A program made the position numbers and the translations under genes. Positions 59,636 through 64,000 of a DNA stretch of 64,000 nucleotides are shown piece by piece (the stretch's first letter is position 1; each line of letters starts with the position of its first letter). The notes under the pieces were generated by a model that had not been told where the DNA came from, ran no database searches, and saw nothing but the letters and a program-made list of their open reading frames with translations. The DNA is from an uncultured archaeon. Lineage in GTDB: Archaea; Asgardarchaeota; Lokiarchaeia; Sigyniarchaeales; SOKP01. The stretch lies in assembly GCA_964447495.1 (NCBI GenBank), contig CAYUTF010000004.1, positions 1-64,000 on the forward strand, given 5' to 3'.

Positions 59636-60001
59636 ATGAGATTATATTTGAAAGCATTAGGAATTGTGTTTTTATATGATAGAAATATAGGCAATCCTGA
59701 AGAGATGTCGAAAAAGTTTAGTGAATATTTCACAAATGTTACTGAAAATCTGGTTATAGAAAAATTAGTTCAATTGGCTAATTTAAAAGAAATTATGGAT
59801 GCTGGAAGGATTTATTGGGCAGGAATTAAAGACGATTTCCAAAAAGTAATAAATGATGAAGAAATGATTGGTAAACTCGCTTGGAAAGTGTTTAAAGATC
59901 ACTCCGCTATTGAACCCTCTGATGAGGTCAAATCGTTAATATACAATGAGAAGAAAGTACCTTGGAATTTTCCATTAATGGTATGCGTACTATACAAATG
60001 A
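59636..60001 (+). CDS. Hypothetical protein (121 aa)
   Basis: ORF in an otherwise gene-free space; protein-like composition. Confidence 0.7.
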   Translation: MRLYLKALGIVFLYDRNIGNPEEMSKKFSEYFTNVTENLVIEKLVQLANLKEIMDAGRIYWAGIKDDFQKVINDEEMIGKLAWKVFKDHSAIEPSDEVKSLIYNEKKVPWNFPLMVCVLYK

Positions 60002-60005
60002 TTCT

Positions 60006-62078
60006 CTAATTAGATATGATTCTTTTTATTTCATTTAGGTAATAATCATTCGAATAGGGTAAGGATTCAGAAATTTTAGTTGTATTAGACTCCTTAATTT
60101 TTTGTAATTCATAATTAAGCATTTTTGCTAACCAAAATACAGTATATAATTCAACTTGTTTATGAAATTCCGAATTTATAACATGATAATTTTTATATCC
60201 GCTTAAAAATGAATTTATAATGTCAGTATTTTTAAACAAATCAAATGTAAAGAAATATAACTTTATAAAATCTTGAGCTTTTACACCTACTCTCCAATCA
60301 TCAAAATCAATTATCCCATTTATATCGATTTTCCCAGATTCTTCTTTAACTATAATATTGCTCAATTGAAAATCATTATGAATAAGTACGGGATTTTCCT
60401 CAATTTGTATAAGGGATTCATGATCTTTAAAATATTTTATTAAATCTATAACAATATCTATTTTATTTTTTTTTAATTCTTGAAGCTCTTGATCTAGTTC
60501 TGCATTAAAAATGTCTATCCAGTGCTTCGTAGATTCTTTACCAATATCATTAATATCTTCTTGAAAAGAATTAAATTTGATATTATGTAATTTTCCTAAA
60601 AGATCACCTAGATTATAAAATAAATTAAGAAATTTGGTCCTTGATAAGTTCACTTTTTCTTCATCTAATAATCTATCTAACGATTTTCCATGTAGGTATT
60701 CTTGTATACTGAAATTATATGGTATTCTTTCCTTAGTTTCATCATAATATAATAAGCTACTTACTGGAATAACGGGTGGTTTATCCTTATCAAAAATATA
60801 TTCACCTTTATGAGTAGTGATAAGTTGTTTAATAACTTCTCGTAAATTAGGGATGTTGCTATTAAGCGAACCATCAAGGAAAGGAAAAATTATTTTTTCT
60901 TTTATTATATCTTCAAATTTGTAATATTTAGAAGTATGAAATCGAAATAGTAAATTTGATTTCTCAAAATTCACTCTATATATTGTATTAATATTTGAGG
61001 TAAAGGGCCCAATTACTTTTTTAATTTTACCTTGATCCAATAAAACTTTAATATCAGAAAAGATTTTGATGATATCGTTTAGCTGATAAATCTCTTTTTT
61101 ACCTAGCGAATACAATTTATAAATGTATTTTTGATTAATTAAAAAATTTACAGTCGCATTGATTCTTCCTATTGTAATTTCATCTAAGTTTCTCTTGAGT
61201 TCTGGAGATAGATTAAAATTATACTCTAAAGGAGTAGATATAATATCTTTATAAAGGTAAAGAAAAGCATACTTTAAACCTCTTCTAACTTTTCCCTCAT
61301 CAATTTTGATATCATAAATTTTTGTGAAAAGATCATTTAACTCATCTTGATATTGATGCATTTCTAATATCTTCTCCTCTAGTGCACAATAGTAGATTTT
61401 AGAGCATAAATTCACTAAGTTACTAATACTTGGAACAATTCCACTTATTTTATAGTGCTCTGGGGGTAAAATTTGGAAATATTTTTGAAAATTTCGCTCA
61501 TTACAACAAAATACCGAAAAATTATCACTTATGATGGAAGAATAAAACTTGGCATAGTTTATATTTTCAAAATCATCGATGAGCCCTCTTAAATTTGAAA
61601 ACTCACTTATTCTAGTAATAATTTCAGGATTTACTTCGTTGCCATGAAACTTAATAGGGTTGTTATAGAGTATTAAGGGATTTTTTATATTAATTGAACT
61701 AAAAATATTTTCAAAATAAGAAATCAATGATGAGTTATTTTCATATAGTGGTGGAGCAAGGACAAAGATTAATTTTGGATATCTTTTTCCTAATTCATTT
61801 AATTGATCAATTGCATTTTCTTCATCATTTCCAATGATATTTAAAAGAATTGGTGTCTTATTTCCAGAAATTTCGTAAGTGAGATCAATTAAGTTATAAA
61901 TTTGCTCGTTATCCTCAGAAAAAAGTAAACCCTCCCCTATTCGACTGAGAAGGAGTATAGCATCAGCTCCATTTATGAGTAAATGCTTAATTAATAGTGT
62001 CTGAATTTCACTATTTATAATATGATTTTCATCAAAGAAAGTCAAAGAAGGAACAATAACACCGTTTAGACCCATCAT
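60006..62078 (-). CDS. Fusion: degenerate DapA/DHDPS-like TIM barrel + aminoglycoside phosphotransferase/choline kinase-like domain
   Basis: N-terminus LNGVIVPSLTFFD...INGADAI...LILYNNP is DapA-like. C-terminus LIHNDFQLSNIIV...GIIDFDD carries APH kinase motifs. Confidence 0.78.
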   Translation of the reverse strand: MMGLNGVIVPSLTFFDENHIINSEIQTLLIKHLLINGADAILLLSRIGEGLLFSEDNEQIYNLIDLTYEISGNKTPILLNIIGNDEENAIDQLNELGKRYPKLIFVLAPPLYENNSSLISYFENIFSSINIKNPLILYNNPIKFHGNEVNPEIITRISEFSNLRGLIDDFENINYAKFYSSIISDNFSVFCCNERNFQKYFQILPPEHYKISGIVPSISNLVNLCSKIYYCALEEKILEMHQYQDELNDLFTKIYDIKIDEGKVRRGLKYAFLYLYKDIISTPLEYNFNLSPELKRNLDEITIGRINATVNFLINQKYIYKLYSLGKKEIYQLNDIIKIFSDIKVLLDQGKIKKVIGPFTSNINTIYRVNFEKSNLLFRFHTSKYYKFEDIIKEKIIFPFLDGSLNSNIPNLREVIKQLITTHKGEYIFDKDKPPVIPVSSLLYYDETKERIPYNFSIQEYLHGKSLDRLLDEEKVNLSRTKFLNLFYNLGDLLGKLHNIKFNSFQEDINDIGKESTKHWIDIFNAELDQELQELKKNKIDIVIDLIKYFKDHESLIQIEENPVLIHNDFQLSNIIVKEESGKIDINGIIDFDDWRVGVKAQDFIKLYFFTFDLFKNTDIINSFLSGYKNYHVINSEFHKQVELYTVFWLAKMLNYELQKIKESNTTKISESLPYSNDYYLNEIKRIISN

Positions 62079-62273
62079 TTATTTCACCTTTTATGTGCTA
62101 ATAAATTTGTCTCATCTATTCGCAGTTAAGATTTTTCTTTTGAATTATTCCCTCTTAGATTAATTAAATATTCACTTAATATTGCTTAATAATTTTTCAT
62201 ACTTTAATTATAATTACTTAATTTTAACAATAGTGTGGAATTTATATGTAAGAGTAAAATCTATGGGAAAAAA

Positions 62274-63956
62274 TTAAATCTTTTTTGATTCCTTGAAAAT
62301 CTCGAAAATATCCTTCTCATAATCGATTGTATCCTCAGGTAGTAAATTTGGGTCTTTTAGCAACTTAGCTAGGTAATAAATTTTTGCGCCACGTTCTAAA
62401 TATTTAAGAACCATATAAGCGCCATCTAAGTGACTTCCACAGCAGATATTTCCATGATTAGCAAGCAACACAGCATTATTTTCTTCAAGGCCTTTTACTA
62501 CATTATTTGCTAATTCTTCCGTACCAGCTTCACCATATTCAGCACATACAATCTCCCCCCCTAAATATGGTACTAATTCTTCAATAATCGGGGGTAACGA
62601 CAAATTTAGAGTACTCAAGATTGTAGAATATATCCCATGCGCGTGAATAATAGCATTTACATCTTCTCTAGCTTTATAGATACCCAAATGAAGATGCTTT
62701 TCCACTGAAGGATTTCTCTCTCCTTCGATAACCTTTCCTTCTAAATTTATTATTAAAATGTCCTCGGGTTTCATTTCATCGTATCTTACGTTGCTTGGAG
62801 TAATTAAAATCATTTGTTTTCCTTCAAATATTATGCGCATGCTTACATTTCCAGCAGATCCGATAACATATTCTTCATTTAATAAGTTATTACATAAATC
62901 TAAAATCTGCTTTTTTTTATTATAGAGCGCTTCATTTAATTTTGAATTTATCTGAGGATGATTTTTGAGAACTTCAGGATTTAAAATGTTAGTTAGTGGT
63001 TCTTTATTTAACCATGCTTTTAAATCTCTTAGTATCATGTTAGATTGTCTTTGAATTACATCAATTGTATTCCCACCAAAATGAGGACTCACTATGACAT
63101 TTTCTAAGTCTAAAAATTCGTTATCTTCATCGATCGGTTCCAAGGGAAATACATCTAAAGCTGCACCAGCGATTTTTTTTTCTTTTAAAGCGTTGAACAG
63201 AGCATCATAATCTACTATACTTCCTTTTGCTAAATTTATAATATATGCTGATTTCTTCATCATTGCTATTCTTTTTTCATTTATTAAATTATCATTATCA
63301 TCTGTAGCTACCGCATGGATGGTAATGAAATCAGATTCTCTTATTATTGTATCTAATTCAACTTTTTCTCCATAATCCGAAATAATTTCATCTGATAAAA
63401 AGGGATCATATATTAGATTTACACAGCCAAACGCTTTTAATATTTTAGCTACCTTACGACCGATCGCTCCTAAACCAATTATGCCAATTTTTTTGTTTAA
63501 TAATTCTATTCCCATATATTTATTATACACATCAACCCAATCTTCAAAATCAACAATTGTAAAATTTTTAGAATGTAAAAATCTATCTAAGGGTGTTAAA
63601 TTTCTTGCTAGGCAGATCATATATCCCAAAGTTAACTCTGCGACAGCATCAACATTCCTTAAAGGAGTATAAAGAATTGGTAAATTTTTTTTATTCGCAG
63701 CTTTAAGATTCACATTAAAAGGGTCTCCTCTACAAGTCGCTATTAATTTCAATTTAGTTAGCTCAAAAAATTCATCTTTTTTTAAATCATCGGCAGCAGT
63801 GATAAAGATATCATATCCTTCCAACTTCTCAAGTAATTCTTTAGCATCAAAATAAATTATTCCAGTGTCCCTCCAGCTTTCATATGTCACCTCCATTAGA
63901 TTCTCTAATTTTTTGAGTACTTCTTTAGTTAAGCTAGCTGTGATTAATGCTTTCAT
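62274..63956 (-). CDS. Fusion: D-isomer 2-hydroxyacid dehydrogenase + class II aldolase
   Basis: NVDAVAE, GIIGLGAIG, ALDVFPLEP and SPHFGG, then SAGNVS, ITPS, PSVEKHLH, IHAH and LANHG. Confidence 0.85.
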   Translation of the reverse strand: MKALITASLTKEVLKKLENLMEVTYESWRDTGIIYFDAKELLEKLEGYDIFITAADDLKKDEFFELTKLKLIATCRGDPFNVNLKAANKKNLPILYTPLRNVDAVAELTLGYMICLARNLTPLDRFLHSKNFTIVDFEDWVDVYNKYMGIELLNKKIGIIGLGAIGRKVAKILKAFGCVNLIYDPFLSDEIISDYGEKVELDTIIRESDFITIHAVATDDNDNLINEKRIAMMKKSAYIINLAKGSIVDYDALFNALKEKKIAGAALDVFPLEPIDEDNEFLDLENVIVSPHFGGNTIDVIQRQSNMILRDLKAWLNKEPLTNILNPEVLKNHPQINSKLNEALYNKKKQILDLCNNLLNEEYVIGSAGNVSMRIIFEGKQMILITPSNVRYDEMKPEDILIINLEGKVIEGERNPSVEKHLHLGIYKAREDVNAIIHAHGIYSTILSTLNLSLPPIIEELVPYLGGEIVCAEYGEAGTEELANNVVKGLEENNAVLLANHGNICCGSHLDGAYMVLKYLERGAKIYYLAKLLKDPNLLPEDTIDYEKDIFEIFKESKKI

Positions 63957-64000
63957 AATTTTTTACCTAATGTTTTTTAAATACTTTAATTAATATTAAT

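Noticed and set aside
60006-61000. Kinase domain as 5-methylthioribose kinase (MtnK) of a methionine-salvage or DHAP shunt
   Set aside because: The catalytic loop is HNDFQLSN rather than MtnK-type HGDLHxGS, and no MtnA isomerase is in the window.
5094-63672. Numerous short antisense or overlapping ORFs from the track (e.g. 5094-5294, 11366-11821, 17778-17996, 20031-20339, 32025-32318, 48458-48775, 63481-63672)
   Set aside because: They lie opposite well-supported genes and have no motifs; they are shadow ORFs.

Overview
AT-rich archaeal chromosomal segment that I infer comes from an Asgard archaeon of the Lokiarchaeia (Promethearchaeota). The evidence is a eukaryote-like Lokiactin, a gelsolin-domain protein, a Rab-like small GTPase, a roadblock protein, an LRR protein, archaeal RpoK and Hef. 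Main blocks: (1) an about 18 kb co-directional redox operon, hdrC-hdrB-frhB-like-[split hdrA + mvhD-wHTH]-[hdrA + mvhD-wHTH]-[hdrA + mvhD]-flxC-flxB-flxA-frhB-like, with no hydrogenase large subunit; (2) a tight three-gene operon of a 1490-aa nuclease-helicase (Fe-S-staple RecB-type nuclease, RNase H-like domain, UPF1/Dna2-like SF1 helicase), mre11/sbcD and rad50/sbcC, with no nurA/herA beside it, which is my top candidate for an undescribed system; (3) housekeeping genes and eukaryotic signature proteins (actin, tRNA-Val, rpoK, hef, tldD/pmbA, purB/purM, nadC, dinB); (4) a putative sugar-metabolism region with unusual fusions (degenerate DapA barrel plus APH kinase; 2-hydroxyacid dehydrogenase plus class II aldolase). 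I also found a 57-aa Cys-rich ORF missed by the ORF track and a GATC/palindrome cluster upstream of the hdr operon. No CRISPR array, rRNA or mobile element was seen. All calls rest on motif recognition by eye; no database searches were run.
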